Shown here: piece after piece, positions 27,724 to 37,339 of the stretch
How the letters are laid out: every line of letters begins with the position of its first letter
How positions within the stretch are numbered: the stretch's first letter is position 1
NCBI GenBank assembly: GCA_965205655.1
Contig: CBDBIJ010000110.1
Coordinates: 46,623 to 110,622 of the forward strand
Reading direction: 5' to 3'
Source of the DNA: Candidatus Latescibacterota bacterium
GTDB taxonomy: Bacteria; Latescibacterota; UBA2968; UBA8231
Length of the DNA: 64,000 nt
Program-made: the position numbers and the translations under genes
The notes under the pieces: generated by a model
Seen by the model: the letters and a program-made list of their open reading frames with translations, nothing else
Databases searched by the model: none
What the model was told of the DNA's origin: nothing

Positions 27724-28779
27724 ATGGAAAAGTCGATTCGTATCGCCGCCGGTCTGGCCCTGGTAGCTCTCGCATTCCCCGCATATGCGGCTGCCGCCGT
27801 TTCGCAGCCTGTGCGGTCCGTTGACAACATTCCGCCCGAGCCGGTGACCGACCTGGTGGCTCTGGGCAGCGAGACCGGGGTCGTCCTCACCTGGAGTCTG
27901 TCAGTCGACGACGCTGTCTCCTTCACCCCCTTCGGCGATGTCATCGTGCCGCGGAGTGGGGTGCAGGGATACCGCATTTACAGAGAAAGCGACGTGCTGG
28001 GCGAGGAGCTGATCATCTCCCTCGCACCTGGCGTTTCCGAATTCATCGACGCCGGCGCCGCGGGCGGGGTCACCTACAAATACTCTGTCCGTCCATTCGA
28101 TCTGGACAACGAGACGGACGTCGTAGTGGCGCCTGGCTCAGCCGATGACCTGGCCAGGATCGTTGCCCTGGGCGGGGCACCCTCAGTCGTCGTCGTGGTC
28201 AGCGTCATGGGGTCGATGACCTTCGATATCGACCTGGATTTCGATGATCAAGTCGTCGTCGATGCCTTCGAAGCCGACTTCATCGCACTCGTGTCTAACG
28301 AGCTCGGCATCAGTCCCGACCGAATCAGGATCGTCGAGATCAGGGCGGGCAGCGTCATCGTCGATTTCGAGATCCTCGAGCCGCCAGAAGGGATCGAAGA
28401 GCCCGCAGCGGCAGACGCTTTGTCGACGCTCATAGCGCTCGTTGAAGACACTGAGACAGATGAGTTCGTGACGCTGGCTCCTGTTCTTTCGATTGAGGAT
28501 GAGACGACGAGCGAGGCCGTCGTCATTCCCAAGCCGGTGGATCCCGATGGCGACCCGATCCTCGGCTGGTTCACCCGCACAGGCGGCAGCGTCAGCTTCA
28601 GCGATTTCTTCGCCTTCGCCGATCACTTCGGCGAGACCTCTGCCGACGACGGCTGGGATGCCGCATTCGATATCGTCGTCGACGAGACGATCGACTTCAG
28701 CGACTTCTTCAAGTTTGCCGATGATTTCGGCAAGACGGTGGCCAATGCTGTGGAGATACAGGGGCTGCTCGGAAACTGA
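27724..28779 (+). CDS. Secreted paralog: FN3-like head, SEA-like module (GSVIV), EF-hand/dockerin-like tail
   Basis: Signal peptide. DNIPPEPV..W.LSVDD..GYRIYR..YKYSVRPFD. VSNELGISPDRIRIVEIRAGSVIVDFEI. SDFFAFADHFG/SDFFKFADDFGKTVAN. Confidence 0.82.
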   Translation: MEKSIRIAAGLALVALAFPAYAAAAVSQPVRSVDNIPPEPVTDLVALGSETGVVLTWSLSVDDAVSFTPFGDVIVPRSGVQGYRIYRESDVLGEELIISLAPGVSEFIDAGAAGGVTYKYSVRPFDLDNETDVVVAPGSADDLARIVALGGAPSVVVVVSVMGSMTFDIDLDFDDQVVVDAFEADFIALVSNELGISPDRIRIVEIRAGSVIVDFEILEPPEGIEEPAAADALSTLIALVEDTETDEFVTLAPVLSIEDETTSEAVVIPKPVDPDGDPILGWFTRTGGSVSFSDFFAFADHFGETSADDGWDAAFDIVVDETIDFSDFFKFADDFGKTVANAVEIQGLLGN

Positions 28780-28802
28780 ACAGCTGCCCTCTCTCGTCGT
28801 GC

Positions 28803-28840
28803 AAAAACCCCGCCCTTGCTATGGAGCGGGGTTTTCTTTT
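28803..28840 (+). terminator. Intrinsic terminator
   Basis: AAAACCCCGC...GCGGGGTTTT followed by CTTTT. Confidence 0.7.
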
Positions 28841-28855
28841 GCGCCGTCCACTGTC

Positions 28856-29593
28856 ATGTTGCTCTGCCTCGCCCTTGCGGGCGTGTCGCTGTGGCCCCAG
28901 GCGGGCGCGACACGTGTCATTTCGGCGGTCGTCTCCAGCACCGACGACATACCACCTGCACCACCATCGCACATTCAGGCAGCGGATCGGCCAGACGACA
29001 GTGGCGGTCACGTCGTCGTGACATGGGTGCTGTCTCCTGATGACAGGATCGTGTTTGTCGCATTCGGCTCCGGCTCGGTCGTTACCGCCGCCGGTCCAGC
29101 GTCAGTCTTCCGGAGGCGGGGCATTTCGGATTACAGCATCTATCGCCTGCTCGTGGGCGGGGTTGCCACCCTCATCGGAGAAGTCGCCGCAGGCACCGAC
29201 CGATTCGTCGACGGCAGCGCGCCGGACAATGTCGCGCTCCGCTATGAGGTACGTTCCTTCGATGACGCTCACGAGACAGCCCCGGAGCTGGTTCCCGGAT
29301 CGCCGGAGGATCTCGCCCGTACCGCGGTGGCCCTCGACAATGCCGCTCAACCTGTAGATGAGAACGGTCTGGTGGTGCAGGGATGGTTCAACCGCACAGA
29401 CAACAAAGTGGGACTGGATGATTTCTTCCTGTTTGCCGACCGCTTCGGTCGAATCGAGGGCGAGATCTCCTTCGATGCCAGATTTGACCTCGATGGGAAC
29501 GCGAGAATCGATTTCGAGGACTTCTTCATTTTCAGCGACAACTTTGGCAAGACGGTGGCCAATTTCGACGAGATCTCAGGGGAGAGCGGCTGA
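28856..29593 (+). CDS. Third secreted paralog: FN3-like head joined directly to the EF-hand/dockerin-like tail (no SEA-like module)
   Basis: Signal-like MLLCLALAGVSLWPQAGA. DDIPPAPP..W.LSPDD..YSIYR..YEVRSFD. GWFNR..VGLDDFFLFADRFG..FDLDGNARIDFEDFFIFSDNFGKTVAN. Confidence 0.78.
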   Translation: MLLCLALAGVSLWPQAGATRVISAVVSSTDDIPPAPPSHIQAADRPDDSGGHVVVTWVLSPDDRIVFVAFGSGSVVTAAGPASVFRRRGISDYSIYRLLVGGVATLIGEVAAGTDRFVDGSAPDNVALRYEVRSFDDAHETAPELVPGSPEDLARTAVALDNAAQPVDENGLVVQGWFNRTDNKVGLDDFFLFADRFGRIEGEISFDARFDLDGNARIDFEDFFIFSDNFGKTVANFDEISGESG

Positions 29594-29624
29594 GGTATCG
29601 AGCCCATCCCAGGGGTGAAACCTC

Positions 29625-29653
29625 TTGACAAGCGGCGTCTTTCTCTATAGCTT
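29625..29653 (+). promoter_or_regulatory. sigma70 promoter of rho
   Basis: TTGACA-N17-TAGCTT. Confidence 0.6.
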
Positions 29654-30017
29654 GTTTGCGATACCTGCAAGACAGTTATCCTCAGTCAAATCCGCAGGGT
29701 CTTCGGCGATGTCTCCCGACGGCCCGCTCGCACTTTCAACCACCACCGCCTCACTTCAGCTTTATTTCATCAGACTGGACTCCACCGTTTAGAATAAAGA
29801 AGTACCCGACAATACATCGATGACGCACCGTCGGCTTCGTTCTCGGGAGACGATCGGGGATGTTCCCCGCCCCCGTGGTGCGAACTGATGTTGGAATTTG
29901 TTTGTAGCCGGTTTCGGGGTAGAAGATAGAGCGCCCCGCAGCGCTGGTTGGCTCTTGATTCGACCAACCACCACTTGACGTTCCATCGCACAAAGCGCAA
30001 AGCGAAAGGTCATCCAT

Positions 30018-31286
30018 ATGCCCCCTGAGCGAACGAAGCTGAACATCGTTGACCTCCAAGCGATGAATATCCTCGATCAGCACGAGCTCGCGAAGCAGCT
30101 CGACGTACCGGAGTTCCATGCACTGCGGAAGCAGGAGCTCATCTTCGCCATCCTGAAGGCACAGACTGAGCGCAGCGGGCTTCTGTTCGCCCAGGGCGTC
30201 CTGGAGGTACTGGAGGAAGGCTTCGGCTTTCTGCGCTCACCCAGTTACAACTATCTCCCGGGACCCGACGACATCTATGTCTCGCACTCGCAGATCAAGC
30301 GCTTCGCCCTCCGCACCGGCGATACCATATCGGGCCAGATCCGACCCCCGAAGAACGACGAGAAGTACTTCGCCCTCCTGAGAGTCGAGGCGATCAACTT
30401 CGAAGATCCTGAGGTCACAAAATCGAAAACCATCTTCGAAAACCTGACAGCGCTTCATCCCGATGAGCGCTTGGGCCTCGAACACGATCCGAAGGACATG
30501 ACGACGCGCATTCTCGACCTCCTGTCCCCGATCGGGAAGGGTCAGCGGGGGTTGATCGTCGCCCCTCCCTTTACTGGCAAGACAGTTCTGCTTCAAAAAA
30601 TCGCCAACGCCGTTACTCGCAACCACACTGATGTGATCGTCATCGTTCTGCTCATCGACGAGCGCCCGGAAGAAGTGACGGATATGCTCAGGTCAGTCAA
30701 TGGCGAGGTCGTGAGCTCGACCTTCGACGAGCCCGCCACCCGCCACGTGCAGGTGGCCGAGATGGTGATCGAAAAGGCGCGGCGTCTGGTCGAGCACAGG
30801 CGGGATGTGGTCGTCCTGCTGGACAGCATCACCCGACTTGCCCGGGCCTACAACACCGTCACGCCCCACAGCGGCCGTATTCTCACCGGTGGCGTGGATT
30901 CGACGGCCTTGCAGTGGCCGAGGCGATTCTTCGCGGCTGCCCGCAATGTCGAAGAAGGCGGCAGCCTCACCATCATCGGCACCGCTCTGGTGGATACGGG
31001 CAGCCGCATGGACGAGGTCATTTTCGAGGAGTTCAAGGGAACGGGAAACATGCAGGTAACCCTCGATCGCAAACTGAGCAACCGGCGGACATACCCCGCC
31101 ATCGACGTTACAGCGACGAGCACCCGCAAGGAGGAGTTGCTCATGACCGAGTACGAGCTGAACCGCTCCTATGTCCTGCGGCGCATCCTGAACCAGATGG
31201 GCATCACCGAGGGGATGGAGTTTCTCCTCGAGCGGATGCAGAGCACCAAGTCGAACGAGGAGTTTCTCAAGGTAATGAACGAGTAG
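30018..31286 (+). CDS. rho: Transcription termination factor Rho
   Basis: [67 protein letters not shown]. Confidence 0.98.
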   Translation: MPPERTKLNIVDLQAMNILDQHELAKQLDVPEFHALRKQELIFAILKAQTERSGLLFAQGVLEVLEEGFGFLRSPSYNYLPGPDDIYVSHSQIKRFALRTGDTISGQIRPPKNDEKYFALLRVEAINFEDPEVTKSKTIFENLTALHPDERLGLEHDPKDMTTRILDLLSPIGKGQRGLIVAPPFTGKTVLLQKIANAVTRNHTDVIVIVLLIDERPEEVTDMLRSVNGEVVSSTFDEPATRHVQVAEMVIEKARRLVEHRRDVVVLLDSITRLARAYNTVTPHSGRILTGGVDSTALQWPRRFFAAARNVEEGGSLTIIGTALVDTGSRMDEVIFEEFKGTGNMQVTLDRKLSNRRTYPAIDVTATSTRKEELLMTEYELNRSYVLRRILNQMGITEGMEFLLERMQSTKSNEEFLKVMNE

Positions 31287-31415
31287 CGCCACCGGGCCCG
31301 CAGGGGCCAGCCGCAGCTCAAGTTGGCTTTTTATACGGGCTCCTAAGTTGCGTTTCCCCGTCGCGGCGTTAGATTTACCACCCATCAGACCTCACGACCA
31401 GCAGGTGATTCGATT

Positions 31416-31817
31416 ATGAAGAACGACCTTCATCCCGACTACAGTCCGGTGGTTTTTCACGACGTGAGTAGCGATTTCAAGATACTCACGCGCTCGACGG
31501 TGACCTCGGAAGAGACCATTCAGTGGGAGGACGGCAACACCTACCCACTCGTAAGGGTCGAAATCAGTTCGGCCTCGCATCCGTTCTACACCGGCAAACG
31601 CCAGCAAATTGCCGAGCGCGGCGGGCGCATCGAGCAGTTCAGGCGGCGCTACGGAACATCGGAGCCGGCTGCAGACACCAGCTCCGAAAGCGCGCAAACG
31701 GATAGTGTCGAGGCGAATGCCGAATCTGTGGAGCCCGCCGCAGAGTCCGTACCATCCGAAGCGTCCGCTGCCGCGGCGGACGCTTCCGGCGACACCGAGA
31801 CCTCGGCGGACAGCTAG
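31416..31817 (+). CDS. rpmE: 50S ribosomal protein L31 (type B, Cys-free) with acidic C-terminal extension
   Basis: [38 protein letters not shown]. Confidence 0.93.
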   Translation: MKNDLHPDYSPVVFHDVSSDFKILTRSTVTSEETIQWEDGNTYPLVRVEISSASHPFYTGKRQQIAERGGRIEQFRRRYGTSEPAADTSSESAQTDSVEANAESVEPAAESVPSEASAAAADASGDTETSADS

Positions 31818-31833
31818 TTCTACGACGTACAAG

Positions 31834-31875
31834 TGGTAAGACCCTGCCGCGAGCAGTTGGTCTTACCATTTTTTT
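31834..31875 (+). terminator. Intrinsic terminator after rpmE
   Basis: TGGTAAGACC...GGTCTTACCA followed by T7. Confidence 0.8.
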
Positions 31876-31935
31876 GTACCTGCCATTCGCGGTCTGCAAT
31901 CGCCTCGCGACCCTACCTGGTCGCATTGGGAAATC

Positions 31936-33025
31936 GTGCTCGACAAACTCGCCGAAATCCAAAAACGCTACGAGGGTCTGAACGAGCAGCTCGCCGATCC
32001 TAAGACTGCGACGAATCCGTCCCTGTATCAGAGGTTGGCAAAGGAAGTCGGCGACCTGCGGGATATCGTGGCGAAGGCCCAGAGGTACCGTGAGTGCGTC
32101 GAACGCCGCGAAGAAGCTGAGCAGATCATCGCCGAGAAGGGGGGAGACGCTGAGCTAGTCGAGCTCGCCCATGCCGAACTGGAGGACGTGCAGGGAGAGC
32201 TCGAGCACCTCGAAGCGGACATCCGGGTGCAGCTCATCCCGAAGGATCCCAACGATTCCCGCAACGCTATCGTCGAGATCCGCGCCGGCGCCGGCGGGGA
32301 CGAAGCGGGTCTGTTCGCCGCCGATCTCTACCGCATGTACACACGCTACGCCGAGCACCACAACCTGAAAGTGGAGGCGCTGTCCTCCAGCACCAATCCC
32401 TCAGGTGGATTCAAGGAGGTCGTCTTCATGGTGTCCGGTGGCTCGGCGTTCGGCGATCTGAAATTCGAAAGCGGCGTCCACCGGGTGCAGCGAGTTCCCA
32501 AAACAGAGGCCAGCGGCCGCATCCACACATCCGCCGCTTCGGTGGCCGTTCTGCCCGAGGCGGAAGAAGTGGAAGTCGAGATCGACGCCGAGGATCTTGA
32601 AATCGATGTGTTCCGGTCGAGTGGTCCGGGTGGGCAGAGCGTGAATACGACCGATTCGGCTGTACGCATCACCCACAAACCCTCCGGTCTAGTCGTCAGC
32701 TGTCAGGATGAGAAGTCGCAGCTCAAGAACAAGAACAAGGCGATGAAGGTTCTGCGGGCGCGCCTCTTCGACATGTATCAGACGGAGCAGAACGAGAAGC
32801 TTTCCCGGGAGCGGAGGCAGCAGATCGGCAGCGGCGACCGCAGCGCCAAGATCCGCACCTACAATTTTCCCCAGGGACGGGTCACCGATCACCGCATCTC
32901 TCTGAGTCTGTACCGCCTTGAGGGAATTCTCGAGGGCGAGATCGACGAATTCGGTGCAACAATTGGCGTCCGCCCAGCAGGAGCAGGCGCTGTCCAACGC
33001 CGGGCCTGGCCCTGAGTCCGGGTGA
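31936..33025 (+). CDS. prfA: Peptide chain release factor 1 (apparent 1-nt insertion near 32953; the ORF as read ends at 33015)
   Basis: [23 protein letters not shown] (PxT motif), [15 protein letters not shown]. Removing one G gives [14 protein letters not shown]...TGA overlapping the prmC GTG. Confidence 0.95.
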
Positions 33026-33903
33026 GCAGGCACCGCAACCGCAAGCCCCCTCCTGGGACGCTCGACCTGCTCGTCGAGGCGAATAGGCTGCTCGCCTCCG
33101 CGGGGATCCGGGACTCGCAACTGGAGGCGGAGCTGCTGCTCGCCTCGGCCCTCGGAACGAGCCGAGGCGACCTCTATGTGCCGCCGGGGAAAGACCCGAC
33201 GCAGGCCGAGGCGGAGAGGTTTCTCGACTTCGTCGTGCAGAGGATGGCGCGGGCACCGATCCAGTACATCACCGGTGAGGCAGCGTTCCGACACCTCGCC
33301 GTGCTCGTCGGCGACGCCGTGCTCATTCCGCGACCGGAAACGGAAATCCTGGTCGAAACAGCACTCGAGTTCCTCGGCGCTCGAAACGCGTCGACGCTGC
33401 TGGAGCCGGGCTGTGGATCTGGAGCAGTTGCCGTATCGCTGGCCTTCGAGTGCGCGTCAGCGCAAATCGTGGCCACTGACATCGACCAGTCGGCCATCCG
33501 TATTGCGCGCGAGAATGCGAAGCGCTATGGGGTCCGGCAGCGGATCGGTTTTCTCTGCGGCGATCTGTTCGCTCCCGTCGGACGCGCGGCTCGCTTCGAC
33601 GCGATCGTGTGCAATCCTCCCTATGTGCAGAGCTGCGAGCTCGCCTCTCTCGACCCGGAGATCCGCGATTACGAGCCTCACCTGGCTCTCGACGGCGGGC
33701 CGGACGGCCTCGTGTTCTTTCGTCGCATAGCCGCGGAGGCGGCGAGCCTGCTTGAGCCGGGAGGTCGCTTGCTGCTCGAGGTTGGCGATGGCCAGTCCGC
33801 AACGGTAGTTGAGCTGCTGCAGCGATCGGGTCGCTACACCGCCATCGAGGTGCGCGACGATCTGAATGGTATTGCGAGAGTGGTATCCGGCCGCCGAGAC
33901 TGA
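33022..33903 (+). CDS. prmC: Release factor glutamine methyltransferase
   Basis: PIQYITG, VLIPRPETEILVE, GCGSGA, NPPY, EP.LALDGG.DGL. Confidence 0.95.
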   Translation: MSRHRNRKPPPGTLDLLVEANRLLASAGIRDSQLEAELLLASALGTSRGDLYVPPGKDPTQAEAERFLDFVVQRMARAPIQYITGEAAFRHLAVLVGDAVLIPRPETEILVETALEFLGARNASTLLEPGCGSGAVAVSLAFECASAQIVATDIDQSAIRIARENAKRYGVRQRIGFLCGDLFAPVGRAARFDAIVCNPPYVQSCELASLDPEIRDYEPHLALDGGPDGLVFFRRIAAEAASLLEPGGRLLLEVGDGQSATVVELLQRSGRYTAIEVRDDLNGIARVVSGRRD

Positions 33904-34182
33904 CCGGCAGTCCCTCTTGTCGCGGTTTGACTACAGTTCCGTCACCAATTCGCACACCGATACATCCCTTCACCGGCCTCTCGCCTTCAGCACAGGCAGA
34001 CGTAACTATCAATTATATCAGCTGATTGGGCCGCAGTAGCTCGGGGCTCCGATTGGCGTGGTACGATCGTTGTTTCTGCTCTCTGCGAGCGACCGCAATG
34101 AGGCGATTGCTCGGGCAGCTTGGCGACGGCTGCGCGGACTTCGATTCGACCCCAGGCGGGGTTCGGGTGTGCGAAAACTTAC

Positions 34183-34221
34183 TTGACGACTGCACATAAA
34201 AATACTATCTTTTTGTGCAGT
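34183..34221 (+). promoter_or_regulatory. recA promoter with an overlapping inverted repeat (candidate operator)
   Basis: TTGACG-N17-TATCTT. ACTGCACA-N17-TGTGCAGT palindrome at 34189-34221 straddles the -10 box. Confidence 0.6.
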
Positions 34222-34352
34222 TATCAGGGTCGTGAATCCCCAGAGGAAGTTTCCGACAGCCGTCGCGGCTGCCTCTCCCATTCAACAGCACGACGACTCC
34301 CACAGATGGCGATTGCCGATCAGATGGGGGCGATACGAGGAGGAATTCGAGT

Positions 34353-35555
34353 ATGGTATCGGCAAAAATCGATGCACGCGGCAACGGCAAGGACAAGGAG
34401 AAGGCAGTCGAGGAGGCCCTTGCCCAGGTAGAGAAACAATTCGGCAAGGGTGCCATCATGCGGCTCGGGGAATCTTGTGTGGTGGAGGTGGATGCGATCC
34501 CGACGGGGTGCCTTTCCCTCGACGCAGCCCTCGGAATCGGCGGCATACCGCGTGGGCGAATCATCGAAATGTTCGGTCCCGAATCAGCCGGCAAGACGAT
34601 GTGCAGTCTCCATATGGTGGCCGAGGCCCAGAAGCGGGGTGGCATAGCCGCCTTCGTCGACGCGGAGCACGCTCTCGATGTGTCATTTGCCCGCAAGCTG
34701 GGTGTCGATGTAGAGAATCTGCTCGTCGCGCAACCGGATTCCGGGGAGGAAGCCCTAGAAATCACTGATACACTTGTCCATAGCGGGGCCCTCGATATCA
34801 TCGTGATCGATTCGGTAGCAGCTCTGGTGCCTCGGGCGGAACTCGAGGGTGAGATGGGCGACGCCCAGATGGGTCTTCAGGCTCGCCTCATGTCGCAGGC
34901 GATGCGCAAGCTGACCGGATCGATTCAGAAATCGAGAACGACCGTCATTTTCATAAATCAGCTGCGCATGAAGATCGGCGTCGTGTTCGGCAATCCCGAA
35001 ACCACCACCGGAGGACGAGCTCTGTGTTTCTACGCCTCGGTGCGACTGGACATTCGCAGCATCGGCAACATCAAGGATGGCGATGAGGTGATCGGGCGTC
35101 GAACGAGGATCAAAGTGGTCAAGAACAAGGTGGCCCCACCATTCAAAGAGGCGGAGTTCGACGTTCTCTTTCGGGGGGACGATGCGGGAATTTCCAGGGA
35201 AGGCGACCTGCTCGATCTCGGCGTAAACAACCGGATCATCGACAAGAGCGGCACCTGGTTTTCCTACGGCAGCGAGCGCATCGGGCAGGGACGAGAGAAC
35301 GCACGTCTCTATTTGCGGGAGAATCCGGAAGTCGCCCAAAGCATCGAGACGGCAGTGCGCGAAGCCCTCAACATATCTGTCACCCCGCCAACGGCAGGGT
35401 CTACGCCAACGGCGGGGCCCGAACCCTCGAAGACGAATCCCGATGCGACTTCGATGGCGGGCAATGGCGAAAACGCTGCAACCAAGGCGACTCAGCAGAA
35501 AGCCGGCTCTCGCCGATCGGCGACCAGGAAAGAGACCGCACTAGCTAAAAACTGA
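34353..35555 (+). CDS. recA: Recombinase RecA with a long C-terminal tail
   Basis: [67 protein letters not shown]. Confidence 0.98.
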   Translation: MVSAKIDARGNGKDKEKAVEEALAQVEKQFGKGAIMRLGESCVVEVDAIPTGCLSLDAALGIGGIPRGRIIEMFGPESAGKTMCSLHMVAEAQKRGGIAAFVDAEHALDVSFARKLGVDVENLLVAQPDSGEEALEITDTLVHSGALDIIVIDSVAALVPRAELEGEMGDAQMGLQARLMSQAMRKLTGSIQKSRTTVIFINQLRMKIGVVFGNPETTTGGRALCFYASVRLDIRSIGNIKDGDEVIGRRTRIKVVKNKVAPPFKEAEFDVLFRGDDAGISREGDLLDLGVNNRIIDKSGTWFSYGSERIGQGRENARLYLRENPEVAQSIETAVREALNISVTPPTAGSTPTAGPEPSKTNPDATSMAGNGENAATKATQQKAGSRRSATRKETALAKN

Positions 35556-35711
35556 CCTTCCTCACCCCACATTCTCTCTCCCCTCTCCTTGCGAGGCGGC
35601 CGGCAACGGCCGATCCGGGCTCGCAAAAACAAGGGCTGCTCCGACAACGGGAGCGGCCCTTCACTTTTTAGCGCTCGGTGGATCAATTAGATTAGGGACC
35701 GAGGCAGATCA

Positions 35712-36047
35712 ATGGATCCACGTTGGGTTATCAAGAAGGACGAGTGGTCGGAGGAGAGCGCCAACGCGCTCCAATTCTTCGAAGAGCTGTGGATCCTCTT
35801 TACCGTTGAGGAGCTCCTCAGACGCTTCCCCGTCATCCTGGAGTACTACCTCAGAAACGACATCCAGAAACGCGTCGACAGCTCGGCGTTACACACGAGC
35901 CAGGCGGATTTTCACATCGAGACCATCGTCAACTACCTGGAGACCTCCGCCGAGGGGGTCTTCGTCCTCAAGCGTCACCTGACACCGGACATGGTGAAGG
36001 ACCGAATCATTCTCCTCAGAGCGTTCGAAAACACAGCTGCAGAATGA
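35712..36047 (+). CDS. Hypothetical protein (111 aa)
   Basis: Clean ORF with GAGG SD, host-like codon usage and globular composition. No family recognised. Confidence 0.65.
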   Translation: MDPRWVIKKDEWSEESANALQFFEELWILFTVEELLRRFPVILEYYLRNDIQKRVDSSALHTSQADFHIETIVNYLETSAEGVFVLKRHLTPDMVKDRIILLRAFENTAAE

Positions 36048-36217
36048 CTAGAGAGCGATCGGCTAGATAGACCCATGGCCCGGCTCTCATGGTCCCCCCC
36101 TTCCTTAGCTGCCTGCCTTTTTCCTCTTCGGATCCTGCCCCCTCCTGTTGAACGCAGCCGCGGCGGCCCGTTCGGACTCGAGTAAAGTCTGGTCCGGCAA
36201 GCGGTTGCCCAAATAAA

Positions 36218-36251
36218 AGAAAGCGCCTGCGGGGAGCGCAGGCGCTTTCTT
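36218..36251. terminator. Bidirectional intrinsic terminator
   Basis: AGAAAGCGCCTGCG-GGGAG-CGCAGGCGCTTTCT between convergent genes. Confidence 0.8.
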
Positions 36252-36273
36252 CTGCTTCAGCGTGACCGAGTTA

Positions 36274-36705
36274 TTAGCTGGCAATTACCGCGATCTGCTT
36301 GGTCCTGGCGTTCTCGGCCTTTGGCAGCGTCACGTTCAGCACGCCATCACCGTAGGAGGCCGAAATCGCCCCGGCCTCCACCAGGCCGGGGAGCTGAAAG
36401 CTTCTGGTGAAGGCGCCGTAGGATCGCTCGACGCGGCGCAGGTGCTTCTCTTCCGTCTCGCTTTCCCGTTTCTTTTCACCGGCGATCGTGAGAGATCCGT
36501 CGGCGACGGTAACGCTCACTTCCTCCGGTTTCAGGCCGGGTAGCTCCGCGGAAACGACGATCTCCTCATCGGTTTCCGAGACATCGACGGAGGGCGCCCA
36601 AGCGGTCTGAAAACGCTTCCCGGATGTCGGCGCGCCCCAGAAACTGTCGAGGACGCGGCTCAGGTCGAAGACCTCGTTTGGGGGTTGCCAGCGAATGAGT
36701 GCCAT
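36274..36705 (-). CDS. Hsp20/alpha-crystallin small heat-shock protein
   Basis: MALIRW.P, WAPSVDV.ET, AELPG, ERSYGAFTRSF.LP, A.Y.DGVL.VTLPK. SD AAGGAG. Confidence 0.95.
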   Translation of the reverse strand: MALIRWQPPNEVFDLSRVLDSFWGAPTSGKRFQTAWAPSVDVSETDEEIVVSAELPGLKPEEVSVTVADGSLTIAGEKKRESETEEKHLRRVERSYGAFTRSFQLPGLVEAGAISASYGDGVLNVTLPKAENARTKQIAVIAS

Positions 36706-36767
36706 GATCGACTCCTTTCGTTTAGACGATGCGTATGGTGTTGTTGAGTGTCGATGGCGGAAGGATC

Positions 36768-36782
36768 GCAAAGGCTGTGCCA
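36768..36782 (-). promoter_or_regulatory. sigma54 (-24/-12) promoter of hsp20
   Basis: Minus-strand TGGCAC-AGCCT-TTGC matches the RpoN consensus with correct spacing, about 60 nt upstream of the ATG. Confidence 0.7.
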
Positions 36783-37339
36783 GCGCCTTTCAGAGGGACT
36801 TCCATGGTTCGGGTCCGTGCTATGACTGCCATAATGGCAGCGTTCCGTGTAGATCAACCCATGAATCGACAGCGAACTGCCATTTTGTCCTCATGGCGCG
36901 GTGACGGATTCTGGTAACATCCACACCCCACCGTTCGGGCGGGATTGATGCTGATTGAGAGGTTTGCGGGCTGGTCGCGGTCGGTCGAGTGATCAGCGTA
37001 GCCGGAGGAACGGAGGCGGCTACTCCTCTTCCTGTACAGGGCCGCGCGTGTGGGACGGATCAATTTCCCTCTCGCGGCATCTCTCAACTGCTGTCGATGG
37101 TCGACCTCGTCCTTGAGCCCCCTTCAGATCCTGCGTCAACCTGCTATTCTTGCCAAGACTATGAAGGAGAGTCTCCATGGCAGTCATTCTACCGAGGAGT
37201 TAGGTGAATTCCAACCCCTATTTCCTCGCAGTCAGTACTTGTACGGACACCGAAGCCGTGTTGAGAGGTCCTGATCAAATTGCTACTTTGGGCGTTCCCG
37301 AGGCGAGGCCGTTGTCGCAGTGGTAGTCCAGGTGCGCGT

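Noticed and set aside
28493..28855. N-terminal extension of the third paralog (366-aa ORF)
   Set aside because: It overlaps the previous gene out of frame and crosses its terminator. The signal-like start at 28856 fits better.
32940..33025. Programmed frameshift in the release factor gene
   Set aside because: RF2-type recoding is a CTT-TGA site near the 5' end. This is RF1 (PKT motif), and the shift is a lone extra G near the 3' end.
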